From Patescibacteria group bacterium (GTDB lineage Bacteria > Patescibacteriota > Gracilibacteria > JAHISY01): 46,432 bases of DNA. The notes under the pieces were generated by a model. That model worked only from the letters and a program-made list of their open reading frames with translations, was not told the DNA's origin and did no database searches. Location: assembly GCA_043797545.1 (NCBI GenBank), contig JAZDPN010000051.1, positions 1 to 46,432 on the forward strand, written 5' to 3'. Each line of letters starts with the position of its first letter. Within the stretch, counting starts at the first letter, position 1. Of this stretch, positions 1-10,714 are shown one piece after another. The translations under genes were made by a program, and so were the position numbers.

Positions 1-87
1 CAGCGTGTCATCATTATTTTTGTGCGCCAAATAGGCGCCGCACTGCGCACAGTCGAGTCCGCACGCGGCACAAATTTTTGGAGGCAT
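1..87 (-). CDS. DUF3795-like cysteine-rich protein, 5' part (runs off the window)
   Basis: Hand translation from ATG at 87: MPPKICAACGLDCAQCGAYLAHKNNDDTL. The CGLDCxxC-x-AY-x-A...ND pattern resembles DUF3795. It follows purM on the same strand and is not in the ORF track. Confidence 0.7.
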   Translation of the reverse strand, partial: MPPKICAACGLDCAQCGAYLAHKNNDDTL

Positions 88-102
88 TGCGAAAAATTAA
101 AA

Positions 103-1146
103 TCAAATGATTTCGATCTTTCCGGAGTTGGTGATTTTCCCAGCGACGCGCGCCGCGATTTTACTTTTCGCCAAAATTTTCAAAGTTTTCGTGACATCTT
201 GCGGCGCGACGACGACGAGCATCCCGTTGCCGAGATTCCAAACTTCGCGCGCTTCCTCAGTCGAAACTTTGCCGATGCGAATCAGTTCTTCCGCAAAATC
301 AGGCATCGGCCAAAGATTGTCGAGTCGCGCACCGATTTTCCGCGATTTCAAAATGCGCGGCAGATTTCCCGGAATGCCGCCTCCCGTGATGTGGCAAATT
401 CCACGCACTGCGACTTTACTTTTTTTACCGAAACGGCCCACCAAATCGAGTATGGCAGCGTGATAAACCTGACTCGGTGTGAGCAAAAGTTCGCCCCAGG
501 TTTTGTTCCCAAATTTCACTGTGTGCCAATTTTCACCAAAATTATCGCGCAAAATTTTGCGTGCAAGCGAAAAACCATTTGAGCGCAAACCCTTCTCTTG
601 AAGCGAAATAACCGCGTCGCCCGGTTTGATCTTGTCGCCCAAGATCACTTTCTTTTTATCGACGATCCCGAGTGCGGTCGCGTTCCAAACCATTCCGTTC
701 ACAGCTTTCCCAACTTCCGCGAGTTCGCCGCCCGCGATGATAATTTTTTCCGCGAGGCAGGACTCAGCAAGACCTTTCAAAAGCTCGCCGACAATTTTCC
801 GATTCATTTTCGGCGTGTCCAAAGTATTTGTGATCGAGATCATTTCCGCGCCGAGACAAACCGCGTCGTCCGCGACCATCGCGAGCAGATCCGCGCCGAG
901 CGTGTCGAATTTTTGCATTCGTTCGGCGACCTCCATTTTCGTCCCGACGCCGTCGTCGCCCGTCACCAAATAATATTTCCCAAAGTCCAAAATCCCGGCG
1001 AATCCGCCCGGCAATTTCACAGCCGCACCGATTTTTCCTTTCCGGCCCGGGAAAGTTGTTCCTGCAAATTTACCAGCCAAACTCGAGGCGGCGTCGCCTT
1101 CATCGATATTCACCCCGGCCGCGGCATATTTTTTTAAATTTGGCAC
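103..1146 (-). CDS. purM: phosphoribosylformylglycinamidine cyclo-ligase (AIR synthetase)
   Basis: YAAAGVNID, DGVGTK, GLRSNGFSL, HITGGG motifs. Confidence 0.95.
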   Translation of the reverse strand: MPNLKKYAAAGVNIDEGDAASSLAGKFAGTTFPGRKGKIGAAVKLPGGFAGILDFGKYYLVTGDDGVGTKMEVAERMQKFDTLGADLLAMVADDAVCLGAEMISITNTLDTPKMNRKIVGELLKGLAESCLAEKIIIAGGELAEVGKAVNGMVWNATALGIVDKKKVILGDKIKPGDAVISLQEKGLRSNGFSLARKILRDNFGENWHTVKFGNKTWGELLLTPSQVYHAAILDLVGRFGKKSKVAVRGICHITGGGIPGNLPRILKSRKIGARLDNLWPMPDFAEELIRIGKVSTEEAREVWNLGNGMLVVVAPQDVTKTLKILAKSKIAARVAGKITNSGKIEII

Positions 1147-1195
1147 GCAGAGATTTTAGCAGTTTTATTTTTCTGAATCGTTTAAAATTTTCGCA

Positions 1196-2311
1196 ATGTT
1201 TTCCCAAAAAAATCAGTCTCTACTCGTGCTCGGTCGTCATCCCGCGATTTCGCTCGCCGAAATCCGCGCGAAATTTCTACATTCCCGCATCGCCGCGCGC
1301 GAAAATTCTTTTGCGATTTTTGAAAATTTGCTCGAGCTGGATTTGAAAAAAATCGGCGGAGTGGTCAAAGCCGGAAAAGTTTTCGCGCATTCGCTCGATT
1401 TTCCGATTGGCTTGATTTCCGATTTTCTCGAATCCGAGTTCGCGGGCAAATCTGGGAAGCAAACTTTCGCGATTTCGGTTTTGCCGGAAAATCTGCAGAC
1501 ACAAAAAACGCTTTTGATCGGAGTGAAAAAAAACCTACAAAAAGCAGGAATTTCAGTCCGTTTTGCGAATAAAAATTTCGCGAATCTTAGCTCGGCGCAA
1601 TCGCAGTTCGAGATTCTCAAAAAAAACGGGACTGAGATTTTGGTTGCGAATTCTGGTCAAAATTGGTGGCTCGCGAAATTAAATTCCGTCCAGCCTTTTG
1701 AAAGTTACAAATTTCGCGATTACGAAAAAAAATTCCGCGACGCGAAAGTAGGGATGCTTCCGCCGAAACTCGCGCAGATTCTCGTCAATCTCGCGGCGCG
1801 CGACTCCGAAAAGGCGAAAATTTACGATCCGTTTTGCGGCTCCGGCGGGATTCTCGTCGAGGCCGGACTGCTCGGCCACGCGATTCTCGGCAGTGATCTA
1901 GACCCGCGGATGGTTGATTTTTCGCAAAAAAACCTGGCTGAATTTGGTTTATCCGCCGATCTTTTCATTCACGACGCCAAACAAAAAAATTCTAAAAAAT
2001 TCGATTTCATCGCGAGTGAGGGCTACCTCGGGCCGCCGCGCAAAACTTTGCCGGACGAAAGGATGCGCGCCAAAATTTTTGCCGATCTCGCTGACCTTTA
2101 CCAAAAATTTTTCAGCTGGCTCGACTGCGAGCGTGTCGCGATTTGCTTCCCGGTTTATCTAGAAAAAGGTCTGCCAAAATTTTTCGCTTCTCAAGAAATT
2201 TTGCCGAAAATAGCGCAATTCGGCTGGAAAATGCAGAATTCCGAAAAGCTGATTTACTCGCGACCGGGACAAATCGTCGGCCGTGAGGTTGTCGTGCTTG
2301 CGAAAAATTAA
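1196..2311 (+). CDS. TRM11/Trm14-like SAM-dependent RNA methyltransferase
   Basis: GMLPPKLAQILVNL, YDPFCGSGGILVEA, GSDLD motifs. Confidence 0.8.
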   Translation: MFSQKNQSLLVLGRHPAISLAEIRAKFLHSRIAARENSFAIFENLLELDLKKIGGVVKAGKVFAHSLDFPIGLISDFLESEFAGKSGKQTFAISVLPENLQTQKTLLIGVKKNLQKAGISVRFANKNFANLSSAQSQFEILKKNGTEILVANSGQNWWLAKLNSVQPFESYKFRDYEKKFRDAKVGMLPPKLAQILVNLAARDSEKAKIYDPFCGSGGILVEAGLLGHAILGSDLDPRMVDFSQKNLAEFGLSADLFIHDAKQKNSKKFDFIASEGYLGPPRKTLPDERMRAKIFADLADLYQKFFSWLDCERVAICFPVYLEKGLPKFFASQEILPKIAQFGWKMQNSEKLIYSRPGQIVGREVVVLAKN

Positions 2312-2682
2312 TCGACCAGGGCGATTGCTTCGATTTCGACCTTGGCTTTTTTTGGCAAAGCGGCGACCGCGATTGTTGATCTGGCTGGTTTATTCGCGCC
2401 GAAAAACTCGGCATAAATTTCGTTCACTTTCGCGAAATCATTTATGTCGGCCAAAAAGATTGTCGTCTTCACGACTTTCGCGAAATCGGAATTCGCGGCT
2501 TTCAAAACTTCGCCCAAATTTTCCAGAGCTTGGCGCGCCTGAATCTCGACTGATTCGTTGCGAAAATCGCCGTCTTTCGTCAGCGCGATTTGGCCGGAAC
2601 AAAAGACCAAACCGTTATTTTTGATCGCTTGCGAATACGGACCGATCGCAGCCGGAGCGTTCGAAGTGGAAATGATTTGCAT
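2308..2682 (-). CDS. ridA: RidA/YjgF enamine-imine deaminase
   Basis: APAAIGPYSQA, SGQI, PARS, LPK..VEIEAIA. Confidence 0.92.
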   Translation of the reverse strand: MQIISTSNAPAAIGPYSQAIKNNGLVFCSGQIALTKDGDFRNESVEIQARQALENLGEVLKAANSDFAKVVKTTIFLADINDFAKVNEIYAEFFGANKPARSTIAVAALPKKAKVEIEAIALVD

Positions 2683-2733
2683 CGTAGGAAATTAAATTTC
2701 TTTGATTTTACGGCGTGATAAAATTTTGGGGAA

Positions 2734-4443
2734 ATGTTTTTCGCCAGAATTCTCGAAAAAATTCATCCCAAAAAAAGACGTCTCGGGAAATGGATTGGTT
2801 TGGGTTTACTCGCGTTTTTCATCGTGATCGTCATTTTTCTCGAGCTCGCTTTGGGAGAATTCCGCGCGCTCGGATTGCGTGAAATCACTGGTTTTCCCGG
2901 CGCGCGCGATTATCTGATTGTTTTCCAGAATGACGCCGAGCGACGACCGAGCGGGGGATTCATCACTTCGTTCGCGATTCTCAAATTTCGTTTCGGAATC
3001 CCGCTTTTCGAATTTGGCAATGTTTACGATCCCAAATTAATTCAGCCGGGTTCGACGCCGCCCGATCCGCTGGTTGCCGATTTACTCGCGGGCGATTTTT
3101 ATCCCGGACACGGTTTTCGCGATGGCAATCTCGACGCGGATTTTCCGACGACCGCGAAAGAATTGATGCGGCTTTATAAATTGGGCTATCCCGACGAGGA
3201 TTTCGATGGCGTGATCGCGATCGATTTCACGGCGTTCCAAAATCTCGCTGCGAAGTTGTCGCCGGAGATTGGCGGCGAGGCCGGACTTTTCGCGGCGCTC
3301 GAAAATCAAATTCAAAATATCGATTTGCACGATCCGGATCAGATCGCGAATCGCAAAAATTTCCTCGGTGATGTCGCGAAAAATTTAATCAAAAAAGCTT
3401 TTTTCCATCCGCGCGTCGCGGTCGTGAGTTTGCTCGAAAGCCTGAAAAATAAGCATTTGCTCTTTTATTTCACCGACCCGGATACCGAAAAAACAGTTGC
3501 CGAAAAAAACTGGGGCGGGATTTTGCCCGCGCCGACCGATTCTGATTTTCTCGCGATCATCGAGGGAAATTTCGGCGGAATGAAGTCGAGCCGCTATCTT
3601 GTGCGCGACATTTTTTACGATCTCGATTTCACCGAAAATGATAAAAAAGAATTGACTGCGACGGCCAATCTCAAAATTCAAATTCAACATTTGGGTGATC
3701 CGGCCGAGCCGATTTCCGGATATTACAAAGGCATTTGGCGGATTTTCACGCCGCTCGGTTCCGAAAAAATTTCCGGAACCGTCGACCAAGTTTTCGAAAA
3801 TGGCGCGCACAAAGTTTTCGGCAAAATTGTCGAAATGAATCCGGGCGAGTCGCGCGAAATTAATTTGAGTTATCAGCTGCCGATTACGATTTTGCATGAT
3901 GGAATTTACAAATTGCATTTACAAAAACAGCCGGGGAGCGCGGCCGATCACGTGCGCGTCACGGTGAAATTGCCCGCTGGATATTTGCTCGCGTCGCCGA
4001 ATTTCGATGCGCGCGAAGATCTCGCGATTTTCGAAACCGAATTAAATTCCGATCAAGATTTGTCGCTCAAAATTTTGCCGGACACACATCCGCCGCGACT
4101 TGCGTGGCAAGAATTCACGGGTCCAAATCTTGGTGCGATTGATTTACGATTCAACGAGCCGCTCGATGCTGATTCCGTCGCGAATGCGACTTTCTCCATC
4201 GCCGACGAAAATTACCGTAACCAAAGATTTGATGATGTGAAAATTAAACGCGTTCGTTTCATTCCGCCGCAAAATATTCGGCTCGAAGTTTCCGGCGTGA
4301 CGCCCGAATGTCGCGAGTGGTACGAGCTGCGATTCGACGGCGTCGCTGATGTTCACGGCAATATTTTGCACGATCAAAAGGCCACGGTCGTCCAGTGGAT
4401 TGACGTAAATGGGCGCAATTGCGACCCCGACCGGAAGCTTTGA
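2734..4443 (+). CDS. membrane-anchored DUF4012-like protein with a C-terminal Ig-like domain
   Basis: N-terminal TM; YLIVFQNDAERRPSGGF, RDGNLDADFP, DGVIAID, QKQPG; C-terminal LRFNEPLD...V.D..GN. Confidence 0.75.
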   Translation: MFFARILEKIHPKKRRLGKWIGLGLLAFFIVIVIFLELALGEFRALGLREITGFPGARDYLIVFQNDAERRPSGGFITSFAILKFRFGIPLFEFGNVYDPKLIQPGSTPPDPLVADLLAGDFYPGHGFRDGNLDADFPTTAKELMRLYKLGYPDEDFDGVIAIDFTAFQNLAAKLSPEIGGEAGLFAALENQIQNIDLHDPDQIANRKNFLGDVAKNLIKKAFFHPRVAVVSLLESLKNKHLLFYFTDPDTEKTVAEKNWGGILPAPTDSDFLAIIEGNFGGMKSSRYLVRDIFYDLDFTENDKKELTATANLKIQIQHLGDPAEPISGYYKGIWRIFTPLGSEKISGTVDQVFENGAHKVFGKIVEMNPGESREINLSYQLPITILHDGIYKLHLQKQPGSAADHVRVTVKLPAGYLLASPNFDAREDLAIFETELNSDQDLSLKILPDTHPPRLAWQEFTGPNLGAIDLRFNEPLDADSVANATFSIADENYRNQRFDDVKIKRVRFIPPQNIRLEVSGVTPECREWYELRFDGVADVHGNILHDQKATVVQWIDVNGRNCDPDRKL

Positions 4444-4476
4444 ATCTGCTAAAATTTCGCCAACTAAAAAACTCAA

Positions 4477-5799
4477 ATGAAAATTTTGCGCACTCTTGTC
4501 GGCTTCCTGGTAGTCCTAATTTTGGCGCAACCAGTTTTCGCGGAATTATCAATTTCCGGTGACGCGATCACAACGCAGCCAGGCAACGGAGTCGTCGCCG
4601 GACAAACCGTTCGAATTTATACGACGGTGCGCAATTCCGGGGCGACGGATTTGATTGGTACGGTCAAATTTTTCGTCGATGGCGCACAAATCGCGACCGA
4701 CCAGCCGGTGAGTGTCAAAGCAAATAGTGTGCCGGACGAAGTTTTCGTGCACTGGGTCGCAGTCGCTGGCAATCACAAAGTCGCGGCGCAAGTTTTCCCT
4801 ACGGACGATCCGAACGACGATTCTTCGAATAATTATATCGAGACGACTTTATTTGTCGATTCGGATTCGGACGGGGACGGAGTCGGCGATTCGGTCGATA
4901 TCGACGACGACAACGATGGATTGAACGACAAAGACGAGATAGCGGCCGGGACTAATCCTAAAAAATACGACACAGACAACGATGGTGCGGGCGACGGTTC
5001 GGACGCTTTTCCGCTTGATCCGAATGAGCAAATTGACAGCGACCACGATGGAATTGGCGATAATGCCGATCTAGACGATGACAATGATGGATTACCGGAC
5101 ACTGCCGAAAAAGAAATTGGGACGGACCAATTGAATCCGGATACAGATGGCGACGGAGCAGAGCAATGCAATGATTTACTCGACAAATTTCCGCTACAAA
5201 GTGCGGAGTGCAAAGACACCGACGGTGATGGCTGTGGCGACAATTCCGATCCGAATCCGAATGATCCGGGAGATTGCGTCGACAACGATCACGACGGGAT
5301 CGCCGATGCGGTCGATACAGACGATGACAACGACGGCCACCCAGACACGGAGGACGCTTTTCCGCTTGACCCGAGTGAATGGCAGGACAGCGATCACGAT
5401 GGACTCGGTGACAACGCCGATCCAAATGATGCCAATCAGGGTCCTAATGTCGTTTTCGGCGGTGACCGCATCGTGGTCGTCGGCGAAGAAGTTTCCTTCG
5501 ACGCGTCGCAGTCGATTGATCCTGATGGTTCGTTAGTTGCGTTTGAATGGGATTTCGGCGACGGTTCACCAGTCGTTGATACCGCGCAAGTAACTCACAT
5601 TTACCAAAAAGTCGGGGAATATAATCTGAAGCTGAAAGTGACGGACAACGCGGGTGAAAGTCGGGTGAAGTCTGCCGTCATCGTCGTTGAAAATTCGCCG
5701 CTGCTCGAGCAGATTTTGCTCTGGCTGATGATTCTACTTTTGCTCATTTTCCTCTATATTTTCTGGAAAACAGTCCAACGCAAAAAACATCGTAAATGA
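4477..5799 (+). CDS. surface protein: signal peptide, CARDB-like Ig domain, thrombospondin type-3-like Ca-binding repeats, PKD domain, C-terminal membrane anchor
   Basis: Repeated DSDGDGVGD/DDDNDG/DAFPLDP units; FDASQSIDPDG and WDFGDG (PKD); C-terminal TM followed by a basic tail. Confidence 0.85.
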   Translation: MKILRTLVGFLVVLILAQPVFAELSISGDAITTQPGNGVVAGQTVRIYTTVRNSGATDLIGTVKFFVDGAQIATDQPVSVKANSVPDEVFVHWVAVAGNHKVAAQVFPTDDPNDDSSNNYIETTLFVDSDSDGDGVGDSVDIDDDNDGLNDKDEIAAGTNPKKYDTDNDGAGDGSDAFPLDPNEQIDSDHDGIGDNADLDDDNDGLPDTAEKEIGTDQLNPDTDGDGAEQCNDLLDKFPLQSAECKDTDGDGCGDNSDPNPNDPGDCVDNDHDGIADAVDTDDDNDGHPDTEDAFPLDPSEWQDSDHDGLGDNADPNDANQGPNVVFGGDRIVVVGEEVSFDASQSIDPDGSLVAFEWDFGDGSPVVDTAQVTHIYQKVGEYNLKLKVTDNAGESRVKSAVIVVENSPLLEQILLWLMILLLLIFLYIFWKTVQRKKHRK

Positions 5800-6272
5800 T
5801 TTTTCTCGCCAAATTGCGCCGCATTTTTCTCACCGCACTTTTGTTTTTTGTCGCGCTGCCAGTCGCGAGTGCAGCCGGCTCTGGTGGGGTCGGTGTGATG
5901 AATGCCGCGACGCAGGCGGGTATCAAAATTGAGTGTCCGATCGGCTCGGTGAATTGCGTCAAATCGGGCGAAGCGACAGCGTACTCGACTTCTGGCACAC
6001 AAACTTTTATTCTCAAAATCGTCGGCGGCTTGCTCAATTTCGTCGGCATTCTCGCGGTCGTGATGCTCGTCGTTGCGGCGATTCGACTCGTCGTTGCGAC
6101 TGGCAGTCAGGATTCGCTGCAGGCGGCAAAAAAACAAATCAAATGGATATTTATTGCTTTGGCGGTGATTATTCTCTCACTGCTGATTGTCCAAAATGTC
6201 GCGAAAATTATTTTCAAAGCGACGACGCCGGGGTCGGTCAGCGCGCTCGAAAATTTCCAGAATATTGGTTAA
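5796..6272 (+). CDS. CPR-type pilin-like membrane protein (TrbC/VirB2-like)
   Basis: Signal peptide and two TM helices separated by G....AKK.I; overlaps the upstream gene by 4 bp. Confidence 0.6.
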   Translation: MIFLAKLRRIFLTALLFFVALPVASAAGSGGVGVMNAATQAGIKIECPIGSVNCVKSGEATAYSTSGTQTFILKIVGGLLNFVGILAVVMLVVAAIRLVVATGSQDSLQAAKKQIKWIFIALAVIILSLLIVQNVAKIIFKATTPGSVSALENFQNIG

Positions 6273-6288
6273 GAAGTAGAAACGCGAG

Positions 6289-6324
6289 AAAGTAAAGACG
6301 CATGCAATGCGTCTCTACTTTTTT
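6289..6324. terminator. bidirectional hairpin terminator / GTAG-type REP-like palindrome
   Basis: AAAGTAAAGACGCAT-GCA-ATGCGTCTCTACTTT followed by a T run, between convergent genes. Confidence 0.7.
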
Positions 6325-6336
6325 ATTCCAGCGGGA

Positions 6337-7986
<1,650 letters not shown>

Positions 7987-8031
7987 TTAGTAAGGAATAA
8001 GAAGTAAGTTGGTAGGGATTAAGTTTTGTGA

Positions 8032-8126
8032 TTTAAATCCCCCGCTCGCTTCGCTCGTTTCCCCCTTTGCGAAAGGGGGACTTTCGTAGCCCCTCTTTTG
8101 TAAAGAGGGGTTGGGGAGATTTTAAA
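8032..8126. repeat. double-hairpin palindromic element (MITE/REP-like)
   Basis: Hairpins TCCCCCTTT-GCG-AAAGGGGGA (8060-8080) and CCCCTCTTT-TGT-AAAGAGGGG (8090-8110) inside imperfect terminal inverted repeats TTTAAATCCCC/GGGGAGATTTTAAA. Confidence 0.75.
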
Positions 8127-8152
8127 AAAAAATTAAAATTAAAAATGCAAAA

Positions 8153-8377
8153 TTATTCTTTGTAAAAAAAGTTTTCGGAAACAGGGATGAAGTCGTTTTG
8201 CGCCAAAAAATTAAGCATTCCGCCTCGAGGAGCATTTCTTTTTTCATTGTCTAAATCCTTTTCATTTTCGTATTTTTTGGTCAGTTCATCAACGATTTCA
8301 GAATCACCAAAAAATATTCCTGGAACTTGGTCGTATGTATATTTTGATTCGTCTTTTGAAAACTCAAAATAAATCAT
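8153..8377 (-). CDS. small AT-rich hypothetical protein between groES and groEL
   Basis: 74-aa ORF co-oriented with groES/groEL, markedly lower GC than its flanks. Confidence 0.5.
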   Translation of the reverse strand: MIYFEFSKDESKYTYDQVPGIFFGDSEIVDELTKKYENEKDLDNEKRNAPRGGMLNFLAQNDFIPVSENFFYKE

Positions 8378-8406
8378 TTTAAAAGGGTTAAAAAGCCTAA
8401 TTTAAA

Positions 8407-8700
8407 TTATTTTAAAATCGCGATCACGTCGCTTTCTTGAATGAAAAAATATTCGTCTTTGCCGAGTTTGACTTCGGTCGGACCGTATTTCGAATATAAA
8501 ATCACGTCGCCGGCTTTCACCGAAAGGGGAACGCGCTCGTTGTCGTCGCCGATTTTGCCCGGGCCGACCGCGACAACTTTAGCTTTTTGCGGTTTTTCCT
8601 TGTCTGCCGTGTCGGGAATGAAAATCCCGCCTGCGGTTTTTTCCTCGGCTTTTTCCGGCTCAATCAAAATGTAGTCGTTGACTGGTTGAATCTTGGACAT
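8407..8700 (-). CDS. groES: co-chaperonin GroES
   Basis: KTAGGIFIPDTA, VVAVGPG, ESDVIAI. Confidence 0.98.
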   Translation of the reverse strand: MSKIQPVNDYILIEPEKAEEKTAGGIFIPDTADKEKPQKAKVVAVGPGKIGDDNERVPLSVKAGDVILYSKYGPTEVKLGKDEYFFIQESDVIAILK

Positions 8701-8732
8701 TTGAAAAAAATTAAATGATTTTGCGGACCTGG

Positions 8733-8772
8733 ATTTTAATGTCTTGAAGTCAAGATTTCAAGCCGTTAGAAT
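8733..8772. promoter_or_regulatory. overlapping divergent sigma70-type promoters for groES and ilvB
   Basis: Minus: TTGAAA(8761-8756)-17bp-TAAAAT(8738-8733). Plus: TTGAAG(8744)-17bp-TAGAAT(8767). Palindrome TCTTGA-AG-TCAAGA at 8742-8755. Confidence 0.6.
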
Positions 8773-8779
8773 TGATTTC

Positions 8780-10468
8780 GTGCGAAAAAAGACAGGTAGC
8801 GAGATCGTTTTCGAAAGTTTGATCGCCGAAGGGGTCGAGACGATTTTCGGTTATCCGGGCGGACAAGTGCTGCCGCTGTATCACGCGCTCACGAATTATG
8901 CGAAAAAGCTGCGGCACATTCTGACGCGGCACGAACAGGGTGCGGCTTTCGCTGCGGAAGGCTACGCGCGGGCGTCAGGCAAAGTCGGCGTTTGTCTCGC
9001 GACATCCGGTCCGGGTGCGACGAATCTCATTACCGGGATCGCGAACGCGTATCTCGATTCGATTCCGCTCGTCGCGATTACGGGACAAGTGCCGAGCAAT
9101 TTAGTCGGTTCAGATGCATTCCAAGAAGCTGACATCACCGGTATCACGCTTCCGATCACGAAGCACAATTACCTCATCACGCACGCGAAAGATCTCGCGC
9201 CTGCGATCAAAGAAGCTTTTTTTCTCGCGCGCAGCGGTCGACCGGGGCCGATTCATATCGATGTCACCAAAGACGCGCAGTGCGAGCTCGCTGATTTCGA
9301 TTACGCGAAAACGCAAATTAATTTGCCGGGCTATCTCGTGCGCGGTCCAGCCAAAGAAAAGCAAATCGTGCGCGCGCTCGAGTTGATTCAAAAAGCCAAA
9401 AAGCCAGTCGTGATTTCGGGACACGGAGTTTTGATTTCCGGCGCGTCCCGCGAAATGCAAAAGTTCGTCGAAAAGCTCGATGTTCCGGTTGTTGCGACTT
9501 TGCTCGGGATTTCTTCGATTCCTTTTGGTCACCGCAATTACCTCGGAATGCTCGGGATGCACGGTTCGCCCGAAGCGAATTTCGCGATCTCACACGCCGA
9601 TTTGATTATCGCGGTCGGGGCGCGTTTCGACGATCGGATTACGGGCAAATTGTCCGAGTTTGCTGCGCAAGCGAAAGTGATTCACATCGACATCGATGCC
9701 GCGGAAATCGGCAAAATTGTGAAAGTGGACGCGGCGGTTCTCGCGGATGCGCGCGCCGCGCTCGACAGTCTCAATCGCGAAGTTCCGAGTCAAAATCATG
9801 CCAGCTGGTTCGCCGAAATTCAGACTTACGGCGCGAAAGTCGAGGCGCAATTATTGAAAATTGACCAAGCTAAAAAGCCGAAACGACTGAAAGCCGTCGA
9901 GGTGATTCACGCGATCAATAAAACTTCGCCCGACGCATTTGTCGTTTCCGACGTCGGCCAAAATCAAATGTGGGCGGCGATGCATTTTCAATTTCACAAA
10001 CCGGGGCGATTGCTTTCCTCGGGCGGTCTCGGCTCGATGGGCTACGGTCTTCCGGCGGCGATGGGTGCGGCAGTTGCGCACCCGCAGATTCCGGTGTGGT
10101 GTCTCACCGGCGACGGCGGGATTCAAATGAATATTCAAGAATTGACGACGCTCGCGCAGGAGAAAATCCCTTTGAAAATAGCTGTTTTCAATAACGGCTT
10201 TCTTGGGATGGTGCGCCAGTGGCAGGAGCTTTTTTACAACAAAAATTATTCCGCGACGCCGCTTTTCAATCCGGATTTTGTGAAATTGGCTGAGGCATGT
10301 GGGATCAAAGCTTTTCGAGTTGCGAAGGTTTCCGAGGCTTTGAAAATTACGCAAAAAGCCGCACAGACAAAAGGCCCGGTCTTGGTCGAGTATTTGATCG
10401 AGCCGGAGGAAAATGTTTTTCCGATGGTCGCGCCGGGGGATGCGCTGAAGAATACGCGGATTAAATAA
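8780..10468 (+). CDS. ilvB: acetolactate synthase, large subunit (biosynthetic type)
   Basis: FGYPGG, RHEQGA, TSGPGATN, RFDDR, GDGG TPP motif, LGMVRQWQ. In-frame GTG at 8780 preferred to TTG at 8744, which lies in the promoter. Confidence 0.95.
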   Translation: MRKKTGSEIVFESLIAEGVETIFGYPGGQVLPLYHALTNYAKKLRHILTRHEQGAAFAAEGYARASGKVGVCLATSGPGATNLITGIANAYLDSIPLVAITGQVPSNLVGSDAFQEADITGITLPITKHNYLITHAKDLAPAIKEAFFLARSGRPGPIHIDVTKDAQCELADFDYAKTQINLPGYLVRGPAKEKQIVRALELIQKAKKPVVISGHGVLISGASREMQKFVEKLDVPVVATLLGISSIPFGHRNYLGMLGMHGSPEANFAISHADLIIAVGARFDDRITGKLSEFAAQAKVIHIDIDAAEIGKIVKVDAAVLADARAALDSLNREVPSQNHASWFAEIQTYGAKVEAQLLKIDQAKKPKRLKAVEVIHAINKTSPDAFVVSDVGQNQMWAAMHFQFHKPGRLLSSGGLGSMGYGLPAAMGAAVAHPQIPVWCLTGDGGIQMNIQELTTLAQEKIPLKIAVFNNGFLGMVRQWQELFYNKNYSATPLFNPDFVKLAEACGIKAFRVAKVSEALKITQKAAQTKGPVLVEYLIEPEENVFPMVAPGDALKNTRIK

Positions 10469-10491
10469 TTCTTGCTATCGTAGGATTCCAC

Positions 10492-10680
10492 TTTTTCGCT
10501 GGCGCGGTGTTGCTACTTTTTTGACAGCAAAAAAGTAGCACAAAAAACTGCCCGCCGATCTCAAAAATTCGGCGAGCTTGGTTGCTCGCGCACTAAAAAA
10601 TTCAATTGCTCACTTTGTTCGCTGAATTTTTCTGACGCGCGCTCGCAAGTCGCCGCCCCAATTTTTTCGAATGGCGGGGA
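10492..10680. repeat. structured dispersed repeat, copy 1 (~190 bp)
   Basis: Homologous to 35358-35544; 45-bp identical block 10512-10556; nested inverted repeats. Confidence 0.9.
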
Positions 10681-10714
10681 TGTGCGGCTCGCTTCGCTCG
10701 CCGCGCCGCTTTTT

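Noticed and set aside
4850-5440. CRISPR-like or DNA tandem repeats
   Set aside because: The repetition is at protein level (Asp-rich TSP3-like units) with synonymous variation; there is no repeat-spacer pattern
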